From positions 124,001 through 188,000 of the IMG/VR virus record IMGVR_UViG_3300045125_000168: a stretch of 64,000 bases of DNA; one strand, given 5' to 3'. The notes under the pieces are model-generated. The model saw only the letters and a program-made list of their open reading frames with translations, made no database searches and was not told the origin of the DNA. The translations under genes and the position numbers were made by a program. Below are positions 33,081 through 43,939 of the stretch, piece by piece. Numbering within the stretch: position 1 is the first letter of the stretch; the number at the start of each line of letters is the position of its first letter.

Positions 33081-33380
33081 TCACCTCACTTTGAGTGGTG
33101 AATTGTTTGTATACTTACGAGTCATTAACGCCTTGAGGTAGCGTTCTTCTGAATTGACGGGGATTCTTGCTTTGAAAACATTGTACCAAGCCTCACGAAA
33201 GTTTTTAAGAGCCTTCGCGTATTCTTTAGACTTTTGTTTGTTCGGGTCTTGTTGACGATACAAGAACAGGAGTTCTTGACGCGCATCTTCTAATTTCATG
33301 CGATGAGCGTCGTAATCTTCATCCCCGTCCTGAGCGAGATCATCAAAAGCGAGGCAACGGACCTTTTCAAGAAAGGACAT
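33081..33380 (-). CDS. Leader-bearing hypothetical protein
   Basis: MSFLEKVRCLA; GAGGAG RBS. Confidence 0.65.
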   Translation of the reverse strand: MSFLEKVRCLAFDDLAQDGDEDYDAHRMKLEDARQELLFLYRQQDPNKQKSKEYAKALKNFREAWYNVFKARIPVNSEERYLKALMTRKYTNNSPLKVR

Positions 33381-33420
33381 GTTTGGTCTCCTCTGTGGAT
33401 CGAAATGAATCTATTTCAAA

Positions 33421-33452
33421 GAAAAGGTGGGTGGCTTAAATAGCCACCCACC
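33421..33452 (-). terminator. Terminator
   Basis: GGTGGGTGGCTA-TT-TAAGCCACCCACC followed by TTTT. Confidence 0.75.
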
Positions 33453-33488
33453 CTGGGAAAGGAGATACACAAACCTTTTCGCTAACTC

Positions 33489-34168
33489 TTAGAGAAGGAA
33501 CTCGATTCCGAGATAAGGATCTGCTGCGGAGGAACGTGGACAACGCGAGCGTTGGGGATTGCTGCCCCACCTTCACCGAGCAGGCCATCAGCCTTAGCGG
33601 AAGGGGTAGCGGAAGACCAATCGACACTGGCGTCATAGTTCAGCGGTGCGCCTTGCCTTTGCCAACACCAACTTGAGCAAAGAAGTTTGCGTCAGGGTGG
33701 TTAGCAGGAGCTTCGTAGAATTTCTCTTGAGCTTCTTTCACCGTCATGTTGTAGCGATAGGTGACGGTTGCAGCTTTACCAGCCGCGCTGCTATGAAGCG
33801 TCAGCTTACCAGCAGTCAAATCAACTTTGAACTCACCAGCAGCAGGGGTGCCGGAAACTTGAGCCAAAGCTGCACCATCGACGACAACCAGAAGTTGTCC
33901 GTCAATCAGGTTGCCTTTGGAAAGTTCGATGCTGTCAGGAGCAGCACTGGGAACAACCAGAGACTCAACTCTAGCGTCCGTGGAGAACACTTTTGACGGT
34001 AAAGAGCGAAGCCGCAAACAACGCCTTCGCCTGTTGCGGGTTTCACTTTTCCATACCGTCTTCGAGCACGGCTTCAAGGGCTTGGCCTTCTTCCGAGACG
34101 GTAGCGCCCGCTGCGAGTGGCAAGGTGTCAGACCATGTGTAAAATGTACGCTTGATGTCAACACTCAT
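33489..34168 (-). CDS. Probable capsid decoration/cement protein (frameshifted)
   Basis: MSVDIKRT...EEGQAL...VTYRY...PYLGIEF; capsid-like codon usage, AAAGGAG RBS, own terminator. Confidence 0.55.
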
Positions 34169-34304
34169 CGAATCACTCCTTTACGTTAGGAAATCCAATT
34201 AGTCCTAGATCCAGTGCAAATTGTGTAGCGGGCTACACGGTCTTCTAACTTATTTTGTGAAAAGCTCTTTTTGAGAGTAGCGCCTAAAATAAATTTTGCA
34301 AGTG

Positions 34305-35351
34305 CTAAAGGAATCTTTTACTCACTCCTGCGGTGGTCACGGTTGTAACCAATCGCTTCCAGGATCGGCCCCCATCATAGGGTAGTGTGCATCCTTCCAG
34401 GCCATGGCCTTCCGAGGTATCCCTTGTCCTGTAAGCGGTAGTACATCTGTCGCCGAGCAGGCAGATCGAAGGCAGTCCATTGGTGCGGATAAAACTCACC
34501 CACCAGGATAGGCTTATCGGCTTTGAAGGCTGAGGCATCTTTGAAAAACGGATTATATTCTTTAGGCATGTGGTCATAATAATGAATCTGAAAAAAATCT
34601 AAATAGGCCATAGAATCTTGCGCGGCCTCTTTAAGGTTGCGATCGGTGAAGGTGCTTAAATATTTTGCAGAGACAGATCCTGTTGTAATCAGGACCGGGT
34701 GTTTGGCGGTCCTTCGGATCGTTGCCACCTGTTGCCCCACAAAACGAACAATCCTTGCGATCGGCAAACGGTCCTGGGGGAAGATGATGTCCCAATTTTC
34801 TTCGGTGGTGACACCCTCGGGTTCATTCATGATCTCCCAGGCGTAAAGAGCAGGATGCCCGTCGATCGCTTCCACCAGGGCTTGAGGCCCCTTGTCCAGA
34901 TAGGTTTTCAAAACGCGGTCATCGGCCAGGAGCTTTTTGTTGCGGTCTAACAAAACCCGAGACGCACCTTCGTTGCCTCGCAGAACATCATGGGACCAAA
35001 GGACAGGCATCAACCGACACCTTCGCTCAAAGCCACGTCGAAAATCGCCTTGAGATCTTGAGCCGCATACGGTCCAGGCCCGATCACGTCGCCTTGAGCA
35101 TCAAATTCTGGGGTGAGCCTCCCATCGGTATGCAACCAGATGCGGGCAACACCGATCCCACCGCCTTTGGTCATGCGGCCCAAAGCATGAAACTGTGCTT
35201 TCAGTTCGTCAAGCGGGGTGTCCGGTGCCCATGTCCCGTCCGAACTCCACCCACGCGACGTTCATGCCGTTCACAAAAGGCTCATTCTGAAAGTTTTCTT
35301 GATACACCCTGAGAGAAAAAGAAGCCCCACAAGGAGGCTGAACCACCTCAC
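34305..35351 (-). CDS. GH5-like glycoside hydrolase lipoprotein (frameshifted)
   Basis: MRWFSLLVGLLFLSGC; NGMNVAW; AWEIMNEPE acid/base; QIHYY; PILVGEF nucleophile. Confidence 0.8.
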
Positions 35352-35755
35352 CACTGCTCTTCTCCAAGATCGATGGCATATTGTTCCGAGGCTTTACTCG
35401 CTTCTTCGAGCAACCACTGCGCAAGTTCTTTCAACTCAGCGAGGGTCAAGGATTCTCCACCTGGGGCAAGATGGACGTTGGACCCTTGCAGTTTAAGATG
35501 AAGCCCTGCTTTGCGAACGACCGCAGGGAGAGATTCTGCGGGAATCGTTTCCAGCATGGTGATGGTGCCAATTCTTTGACCAAGGCTCAGGCTCGGGGCG
35601 ACTTGTTCTTCTTCAGACACCTCTTGCCAAAAATCTGGATCATCAAAATCGTCATCGTCGTCATCACCAAATAGAAGCTCTTCTTTTTTGGCTTTCGGAG
35701 CTTTAGCTTTTGGCTTACTCGCCTTTGGTTGCGCCTGCTTTTTCTTCTTGGCCAC
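35348..35755 (-). CDS. Hypothetical protein with basic N-terminus and acidic tract
   Basis: 135-aa ORF; AAGATT 30 nt upstream. Confidence 0.55.
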   Translation of the reverse strand: MAKKKKQAQPKASKPKAKAPKAKKEELLFGDDDDDDFDDPDFWQEVSEEEQVAPSLSLGQRIGTITMLETIPAESLPAVVRKAGLHLKLQGSNVHLAPGGESLTLAELKELAQWLLEEASKASEQYAIDLGEEQW

Positions 35756-35797
35756 GCTTCACCTCTTCATTGGTTGATACAAAGAATCTTCATGACG

Positions 35798-35828
35798 AAA
35801 ACACCCCGCTCAGGGCGGGGTGTTTTCG
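35798..35828. terminator. Terminator hairpin
   Basis: AAAACACCCCGC-TCAGG-GCGGGGTGTTTT. Confidence 0.7.
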
Positions 35829-35971
35829 AGCTTCTCTCGCAAGAGAGAAAACGCCTTTTCAAGAGACTTTTTAAGACGTTTTTTCTATGCGACGACTGCT
35901 CTTCGGGAGATCAAGGTATCGGGCAAGGACTCGCCAATGTTTGACGATTAGCGAGTTTCTGCCTGAAAAAG

Positions 35972-36565
35972 TTAGGCCCGAGCTTTCGCAGATTTCTTGT
36001 ACTGCCTTTTGGCCTTGAGAGGTTTCTTGGCAGATTTTTTCGCTGCGGTATTTTTGGAATACTTTTTCGCCTTCGCTTTGGACGCAGGTGCTTTTGCTTC
36101 CGGCTTCGAGGCAGCAGCTTTGGTTTTGCTCTCCTCCTTGGCAGGCTTGGACTTGCACTCAACTACCTCGATCAAGGTTGAGCGGTTTTTCTTCGCGTAG
36201 TTTTTAGCTTCGTTACGAGCAGAAAAGACTTGAATCTTTTCTTTGTTTAGCGCAAGAATCCAACGACGACGTGGTTTTGCTTTGAGACTCCCACGGGGTA
36301 GACTTGCGGTAACATCCCATGCCGTGACAGTCTGGCCTGTGATGCCACAGGTTTTGGTGCCAAACTCTTTGACGATCGAAAGTCTTTGCAGTTCCGAGAG
36401 GCGCGGGGACACGGAGTCACGAGGCAGAGACAGATGTTGACAGACTTCAGAGGCACTGAGAGGGCCGTGCTTATACAAAATGTCATAAACGTCACGACGA
36501 CGTTGACTTAACGTGCCGTTTGACATAATTGCTTGGTACGCGGCCTTGCTCGTTTCGCGGGTCAT
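35972..36565 (-). CDS. Winged-helix DNA-binding protein with Lys/Ala-rich tail
   Basis: VYDIL...GPLSASEV...SVSPRLSEL...G; C-terminus rich in K, A and P. Confidence 0.7.
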   Translation of the reverse strand: MTRETSKAAYQAIMSNGTLSQRRRDVYDILYKHGPLSASEVCQHLSLPRDSVSPRLSELQRLSIVKEFGTKTCGITGQTVTAWDVTASLPRGSLKAKPRRRWILALNKEKIQVFSARNEAKNYAKKNRSTLIEVVECKSKPAKEESKTKAAASKPEAKAPASKAKAKKYSKNTAAKKSAKKPLKAKRQYKKSAKARA

Positions 36566-36649
36566 GCAAAAACTCCCTTTTCGATCCCCCTGGCAGGGGA
36601 TCATATGATTGCAGTGTGATGGATTTGACTCTGCCTATCACACTGGCAA

Positions 36650-37351
36650 TCAAAGGGAGCCTATGTCAAGAATTTTTTGTGGCCGGTCTGGGTGGTCTTG
36701 GACGCCAGCTTTAAGACGAGCGACAATCGCCCGGTGGTTGCTTGGGGTCTGAAGGCCCCATACGCTGGCAAAAACAAACGTGCGGCCTGCGTGTTTGCCT
36801 CGCTTTAATTGACTGTAGCAATCGCCTAGCCGATCCGGGTGGAAAACCCCGTAGTCCTCTTTTTTCCCATCCCGATAGATACCATACAGATGATCGGAAC
36901 CTTCTGGCTTGAATCCAAAGGCTTCCTGCTTATACGTTTGGATGATCTCAAGCAGAAAATCTTTGAGGGCCTTCGCTTGCCCAGGTTTTCCATAGATCAA
37001 GAGACTGTCTTCTTGGACTTGGATCTCTCTTTCTTGATCCCACCAGTGCCCTTTGAGCCAGATATAACCAAAGCCCGCGACTCGCGCTTTTCTCGCAATT
37101 TCGAGATTGTTGGCCATCCCTAGTTCGATATCAATTTGTTCAACACCTTTGGTCAAAAAACCGGAGACGACACCGAAAGAAATATTTTTGCGTTGTGTGT
37201 ATTGCCAAATCCGTGAGAGAGACGACCCCAACGTAATCATATCGTAAGTCTCAAGAAACTCCCGAAGCTCAGGGCCTGCTACCGCATAAGCCTCGACTCG
37301 TTCTACGAGCGATTCCAGACGTTGTAATGTTGTTGGTAGTAGTGTGGTCAT
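36650..37351 (-). CDS. Conserved phage hypothetical protein
   Basis: SSLSRIWQ...GYIWLKGHW...EDSLLI...YKQEA pattern. Confidence 0.6.
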   Translation of the reverse strand: MTTLLPTTLQRLESLVERVEAYAVAGPELREFLETYDMITLGSSLSRIWQYTQRKNISFGVVSGFLTKGVEQIDIELGMANNLEIARKARVAGFGYIWLKGHWWDQEREIQVQEDSLLIYGKPGQAKALKDFLLEIIQTYKQEAFGFKPEGSDHLYGIYRDGKKEDYGVFHPDRLGDCYSQLKRGKHAGRTFVFASVWGLQTPSNHRAIVARLKAGVQDHPDRPQKILDIGSL

Positions 37352-37371
37352 AACTATCTCCCTCTCCTCTC

Positions 37372-37398
37372 TTATCGGTATCTTGCCGTAGGACTTTA
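37372..37398 (-). promoter_or_regulatory. Sigma28 (FliA)-like promoter
   Basis: TAAA-N15-ACCGATAA, 21 nt before the ATG. Confidence 0.6.
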
Positions 37399-37430
37399 GG
37401 GTTGCAAGTGCCTGTATACACTGAGCAATC

Positions 37431-37764
37431 CTACCTTTTGAAAGCGACTGCCAACCCTTCGCTCAAAAGCCAGTCGTTGACATTCATCTCCCCAAGCCAG
37501 ACCTCGGCCAGGAAACGACCAAACGAATCGGATTTTCGGTGCGAATCAGAATCTCTTTACCCGCCAAAAGTTCCGTCATGCGCTCTTTGGCCGAAGCGGC
37601 CCTAGCTCTCACGTCACCCTCTAAGGCGTGAAGCTCGGCAGTATTGACCCTCAAAAGTCTCAAGCGCCTGCGCGTAAAAGGTGAAAACCAACATCGATAG
37701 TCGCTTCGATCGTATCCCCGTCGATGACTTTTCCAACTTTAGCCTTGTAGACATAGGGGTCCAT
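37431..37764 (-). CDS. Thermonuclease (SNase-like), frameshifted
   Basis: YKAKVGKVIDGDTI; VNTAEL; DSFGRFLAEV; NDWLLSEGLA. Confidence 0.8.
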
Positions 37765-38027
37765 CTTCGACTCCTTAAAAGCCCTTTGCGTTCCCTGAGA
37801 AATTTCAGGTATCGTGTGGGTTCTAAAAAATCTTGCGAGACAACTGCTATGACTAGGCGACGTAAGCGGCAGACGCTTTTTTGTGCGACTTTGGACGAAG
37901 CCGAACGACTTCTCACTTCCGGTGATTCGATGGGATTTGAAGGGTACTACGTTGGAACTCAAATTATGCGTGGTGTGCTTTGGCATGTGATTGAGTTCCT
38001 TTCTTAGTGTTCTTTCTTCGCTCCTTC

Positions 38028-40156
38028 TTAATTTTTTCTTTTGATTTTATCCAAAACATCTTGGAGAGAGATGGGCTCGTCAAGCCATGCTTTTTCTTCA
38101 GGTGTGACTTGTTTTCCTTCAAGACTTTTTGGAAATCTCAAATTTCTTCCAGATAATGCTGATGATGTTCGAGTCCCACTCGTTCTCTTGAGCCTTGAGC
38201 CAATAGACGTTGACCATGTTTTTTTGACCGATCCTGTGCGCACGGTCCTCTGCTTATCGGATATCGCTCGGGGTCCAAGGCAGATCATTGAAAACCACTT
38301 TGTCGGCTCGTGTCAGGGTGGCACCGACCGCAAGGCTTTGTCTCGTCGAAACAAACACGCGACCTTCACCCTCTTGAAATCGCTGCTTGACGCTTTCACG
38401 GGCGTCATCGCGCATTTGACCGTGATGTAGCAGCGCGTCATCACCCAGGGCATTTTTGATGTCGATAGCCGCATCCACTGAGTCTGTAAATACCAGGATT
38501 GCCGAGTCTGATGTTTCGATGATCTCTTTCACGAAATCGACTGTCGAAGGGGCCTTGGCTCGTGCGACGTTGGCTTTAAGCCGACTCAGGTCACCAATCG
38601 TGGTGCCCTCTTCAATATCGGGACAATTTGGGACTTCGATATCGATGATGCTTCGCATTTTCTCGGGTAGATCTTTCAAAACCTCTTCTTTGGTTTTTGT
38701 CAGATAGAAATCCTGCATCACACTCCAGGTCAGGCCAATCGTCGCATTTTTAAGTTGTTCTTTAGAGCTAAAGGTTCCAGGACGGATAAGCTCAATTTGG
38801 GTGAAAAGCTCGGATTTTTTATTTTTGATGGCCATTACCGCTCAAGAGAATTTTGTGGGCGAAGAGTTTTTTGACTGAGTAAATCGCACGAGTAATCTGA
38901 GCTTTTTCGTTTTTAATGTAGTGGCTTTCATCGATAATCAACGTGTCGAAACCAGACTTGGCAATCGCAGGCAGGAATTTTTCAAACGAAGCAAAATTAA
39001 CCGTGGCCAGATTGTACCCTGATAGATCAGGCATCCCTTCCTTGCGCAGACGGTCGGGACGCAACTCGACACCTTTGAAGTAACCTGGAAAAAAGCGGTG
39101 AGCCTCTTGAACCCAAGTGCGACGGACCACCTTGGGACACACCACCAGGACGCGCTTACTGTGAGCGGCAACCCAACTCAGAGAGATAAGAGTTTTACCG
39201 AGACCCATCTCAGCACCGATTAAAGCACGGCCTTCGTTTCTTATCTAAAAACCGCACGAACTCGTTTTGGAGAAAGGGAACAGCGTGAATTGATCGGCCA
39301 GTTTTTCCACGACTGCGGGAACAGGTTTTTGTTCTGCTGCAAGAGCTTGGGTCTCTCTTGCTTCGTGTGCAGCAAGATCTTCAACGGCGAACACCCACGA
39401 GGGGACAATCTTGCGGGCTTTTTCAACGGCCTCTTTTGCGACGGCAAGACTGGTCGTCTCACGACTCCAATCCTCGGTGTTGACGAGGAAAATACCGGAG
39501 AGTTGGCCTGACTTGTTGCTAAAAAGTTGGTTGAGTTCTTGGTTGAAACTCCAACGAAAAACAAACGCCTTTTTCTCGGGCATATAGCGCGAACAAAAAA
39601 GGTTACGTCCTCGTTTCTGGTCGAGGAGACTCCAAAGCATATTCAGGCGACATCTCGCGGCTCGCTGGAGAAGTCGCAGGGGCAGGCGCGACCACAGGCA
39701 ACTCACCCACCACTTCGATCTCCAAGTCCGACATTTTAGAGCGGAAGCTTTCTAGGTCAAACGAGGGAATTTCATCACGGTAAACGATGCAACAGCCTAG
39801 CTCAGGCTTGTAGTGCATCCCGAACTCTCTTTGCGTTGCTTTAAACTCGTTAAAATGTTCTGTGCGACCGATCAGACGAAAAGCCACATAGTCTGAATCA
39901 GTGACGATCTCCAATCTTGTATCATGTATCAGGGCAAATTCAGTGACAACCTCGAAGGCTTCGCCAAAACGCGAGGAGAGTTGACGACGGTATTTTTTTA
40001 AGACGTCTGCCATATAGTTTGGATTATTGCGCACGGACAACCAACGATCTTTGTCTATACGATTGAAGCCCGCATCGTTGCGCTCTTTGACATTATCGAT
40101 AGAGTAGAGGTAGTCGCCCATTTGTGTGTAAGAATGTTGATTTTCTCATGCATCAT
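38028..40156 (-). CDS. SNF2-family helicase/annealing helicase (frameshifted)
   Basis: EMGLGKT, IIDESH, LLSG, VGATLTRA, DLPWTPSD; N-terminal NDAGFNRID. Confidence 0.85.
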
Positions 40157-40177
40157 AGAGCCCCTCCCGATACTTAG

Positions 40178-40204
40178 TTATCGGAAATAAAAGCCTTTAA
40201 TTTA
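40178..40204 (-). promoter_or_regulatory. Sigma28 (FliA)-like promoter
   Basis: TAAA-N15-TCCGATAA, 22 nt before the ATG. Confidence 0.55.
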
Positions 40205-40253
40205 TTTTTTAATTGTAAAACACTAATTTCACTGGTTTTATTTTTTAAGACCT

Positions 40254-41300
40254 TTAAAAAGCGGTCGTAATGGCTTCCGCAAGTCCCCGCTTGCGAGCAG
40301 GCTTTTCGCACTGCGAACAGGTTTGGCCCTTGTTTTTGAAAAAAAGTCGATCATCGAGAGGCTGATTTTTCTTATGACGAGCATAGTGCTTAGGGCACAT
40401 ACTCAGACATCGAGCTTCGAGATCGCACTCGGGGACGGAGCATTTTTTTCCGACATTTTTCCAGTTGGGATTATCTTTTCTGTCAAGGTAAGCCTCACCG
40501 GATTCGACAAGTCGAGTGTGGGTGCAGCACACACAGACCTTTTAGTCGCGCAGGACGTTCGCACACGAGGCAGGTCCGACCTTTGTTCTGGCTTTTTATA
40601 ATCAGCCGCTCCCCTTGCAGGGTGATGGTGCCGCGTTTGAGAGATCGCGCATGAAGGCGCACATGCTATTGCACACGGCTTTTGTGCAACCTTGGGCCTT
40701 GCAGGAGTGCCCTCAGGGTACTTCACAACCTTCATTTTGCGCAGCGGATTGCCGTAAAAATCGATGATGCCGTGGCGGAATCGGGTGTAGCAGGGTGTGC
40801 GGCAAAACCCAAGAATATAGGCTGGGCTTCCCACTCGCCCGCAGGCCGCACAGGCCCAGTCGCGGTTGTACTGACGGTTTTTTCTCTCATACTCGGGGTT
40901 CGGCTCACCTTTAGTGTTCAGGTGCCCTGCCGCATATTTTTGCGCATGTTTCGCGCAAAAACTCCATTTTCGCGGTCTTGTTTCGCAGCCTGGAACTTTG
41001 CAGGTTTCCCCATGATCCCGTAGCGGGCTCGTTTCAGCGGGCGCAGGCTTTGGCCTTCAAGATCGATCGCCCCACGACGATACTGGCGGTAGTGCTTACC
41101 ACACAGGCCGTGTTTTAAGCCCTCGTCCTCGATGCACCCTTGAACCTTGCACTGGTCGTAGTGCGTCTTAGCGCGGCAAAGGTCGGTGACCGTATTCGTG
41201 GACGGGTCGAGCCAGCCTTTTTAGTCCACCGATAATGACGGTCGCAGTAACCGAGGCTCACTGCTTTAAGGTCACAGGAATCTAACGCACACGTTGGCAC
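40254..41300 (-). CDS. Protein of tandem Cx4C-x7-9-Cx2H Zn-finger repeats (frameshifted)
   Basis: CALDSCD...YCDRHY, CSVPECD...MCPKHY and further copies; TTGACA-17-CATCTT upstream (41330-41358). Confidence 0.65.
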
Positions 41301-41362
41301 TCAGGGGCTCTCCCATTTGCGAAAGCCCCAAGATGCCTGTAGTCGCCAAATTTGTCAAAGGT

Positions 41363-41655
41363 ATTAGTGAGTTCGGAGCCTAGCTAGGGTAATCAAACGT
41401 CATACTCGTCAAAGTTTCCATATTTGAGATACCAATCGATCATTTTTTTGCTTCATTTATATCGTGGGCGATTGGCTGTCCCTGATTTAGTATCTCTCCA
41501 AGGTACTTACCAATTTTTTGGTCATAAATTATATAATTTTCATAGTCATCATCTTCTGCAAGATCAATATCAAAGCCTTTGTACACCCTTGCTGTACTTG
41601 AGGTAACCATTTTCGGCTGATATTTCTTTTTGACTCGCTGCAAAAACATGTTCAA
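41363..41655 (-). CDS. Leader-bearing small hypothetical protein
   Basis: MFLQRVKKKYQP; AAGATT at 41686-41691; 3' end approximate. Confidence 0.55.
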
Positions 41656-41697
41656 TTCCCTTTGTTTAAATTTTCAGATTAAAAAAATCTTTGATTC

Positions 41698-43929
41698 TCA
41701 AATCAACTCACGCAGGAGCTTCACAATCTCCGTGTCCTTGGCTTTGACCGTGCCTTCAAAAGGTCCACTTCCGCTCGCACAAAGTCGGCCACCGCCTCAC
41801 CCCTCAGACATCAACGTCAAGACAATCAGCACGACGAGAGGGCGAGCCGTGTCGTACTCCAGGTGGGAAAAAGACTCTTCGTTTGGTAGCTGCGGGTCTT
41901 TCCAACGGCTGAACCAGTTGAGCAACGCTTGGCCGCGTTCTCGGACTAATTTATGAAAGTTTTTATTTTGAGAAGTCCATAAAGTGGTCCAGGGTTGTGT
42001 TGGTGAAAGCTGCTCCCACAGACACTTTCGCAAAAGTTTTAATTTCACATCTGCAAGCGAGTCTTTCACCTCCTGCAAGCGGTAAGGCTCGCTATGCGCA
42101 AGACGGTCCTCGTGGGCAATCTCCCCCTGATCGATATGCACTCTTTTTCTGGACATTGATTCTTTGGACCCACATCAAGGGGATTTCTTCGATATCGTCT
42201 TCTTCAGGGTTCCAGACTAGAGCACTGTCTTTTTCCTGGAGGTGCTCTACAAGCGCGACGTCGGAGGCTTTTGCCACACGGTCGGGCTTGACGACGAAGC
42301 CAAGATCCTGGTGCAAGGCGGTCCAAATGCAACCGATCAAGACGGTCTCGTTCAAGATCAAGTCGTGCTTCCTGAATTTTGTGGTAAAGAGCCGATATTT
42401 GATCTTCAGTCAGCCGTTTGAGCTTACTGTGCAAGGTGCGTTGGTCGGATGACCAGTTGAGAAAATCCGTTCGTGCTGCGGTCGCAACGGCTTTCGTGTT
42501 GGTAAAAAAGACGCTCGTAAAAACCGTCTTCGACCCAATCACTCAAATTAGAATTGGCAGGGTGGTTTTCGGGCAGAGTGGGCAGGCGCGGGCTTTGCCA
42601 CGACTCGACAGGCTCTAGCTCTTGCTTGGTGTAGAGCTTCTCAATCCACCACATTGGTATATAATAGTTGCCATGCTTGGCCCAGAAAAGGACGTTGCCG
42701 CCTTTGGGAAGCTCTTTGATGACTCCCAAAAAAGTCTTCCCTAGCTTGGTGCCCTGGCCCCATCGGACCAAAGCCCACTGGTTGGGTTCGACCTTAGATC
42801 TTAGAAGGCCGCTTCTTTTGAGTCGCTTTTCTTCCAAACTCTGAGCCACGACATCAGAAATATCCCTAAGGCTACTTAGGTTTTGCGCCTTCGGTATAAC
42901 GTCTTGTTTTATGTTCTCTGGAATGAACTTATAGATCAGATCTAAGTCCAACGTCCTCAAATTCACTTTGATGTCATGCTCAGATAGACGAGGCATAGGG
43001 TTAGCCTTTGCTTAATTTGTCTAAGAAACTTTGAGCGACGATCCGGTGCCAAGCAGGATAGTTTTGACCATCGACGTCGAGGGAGGTTTTCTTAAAACCG
43101 AGATCTCTAGGAACGATATTGTAAAGACGTTCTAGCTTACTTTTCGATCTAGTTGCTTTTTCTTGATGGTTTCATCCCACATATAGACGTCATGAACCCC
43201 AGCCTTCCTCGCCATGCGGATGACAGTGGCGAGGAGCTTTTTTATCCCATTCAACAAAATGCTTGTAAAAGAACCGCTCTAGTTCTGTCTTGTCTGCGCC
43301 GGAGAGATTCTCTAGGATTTTTACACCAACGGGTTTACTACGGGTGTCCTCCGCGTAGTGTTCGTTGGTTTTAAGAGTCGCGCCCCAGATGTCGCTTTGA
43401 AGCTCCTCGATAATCCATTTGTCGTCAAACTTATAAACCCTCGCCCAAGCAATGGTTTGTGAATGGTTGGGGTGGAGCCGATCGTTGAGGATCTGTTGGG
43501 AAGTAAAGACTAAAGAACCGTTGGGCAACAGGATTGTCGTCTATGGCTTTTACAAGTTCGGGTCCGATATTGAGTTGGATCGCGACTTGTCGATGCGCAT
43601 GATCTCCTAGTTCCGTTTGGATTTGCCAGCCAGAGTTGTACGGTGCTTCTGACAACCAATAGCTCGCGTCCTCTTCAGTTACATTTTGAGCTATTTTTTC
43701 TTTTAGCTGTTTGATGGTAATTCGGTCTTTACCAGAAAAAGAGGTTTGATCTGTTGCTCTAGTGCAGGGTAAGCCTTCTTGACATCTGCCCAAAAGATGG
43801 TTGCATCATCCTCAAGATTTTCAAGGGTTTTCCCTTTTTTTCATCTAACAATAATTTTTTTGTCATAGGGCTAAGAGGTTTTTTAACCTCCGTCACCTTC
43901 GGATCAGCGACAACTGTGAAATAAAACAT
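41698..43929 (-). CDS. Large polyvalent/DarB-like protein with an EELQSD domain (frameshifted)
   Basis: MFYFTVVAD start after GAGG; HP...TIAWAR...WIIEELQSD. Confidence 0.5.
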
Positions 43930-43939
43930 GCGCCACCTC

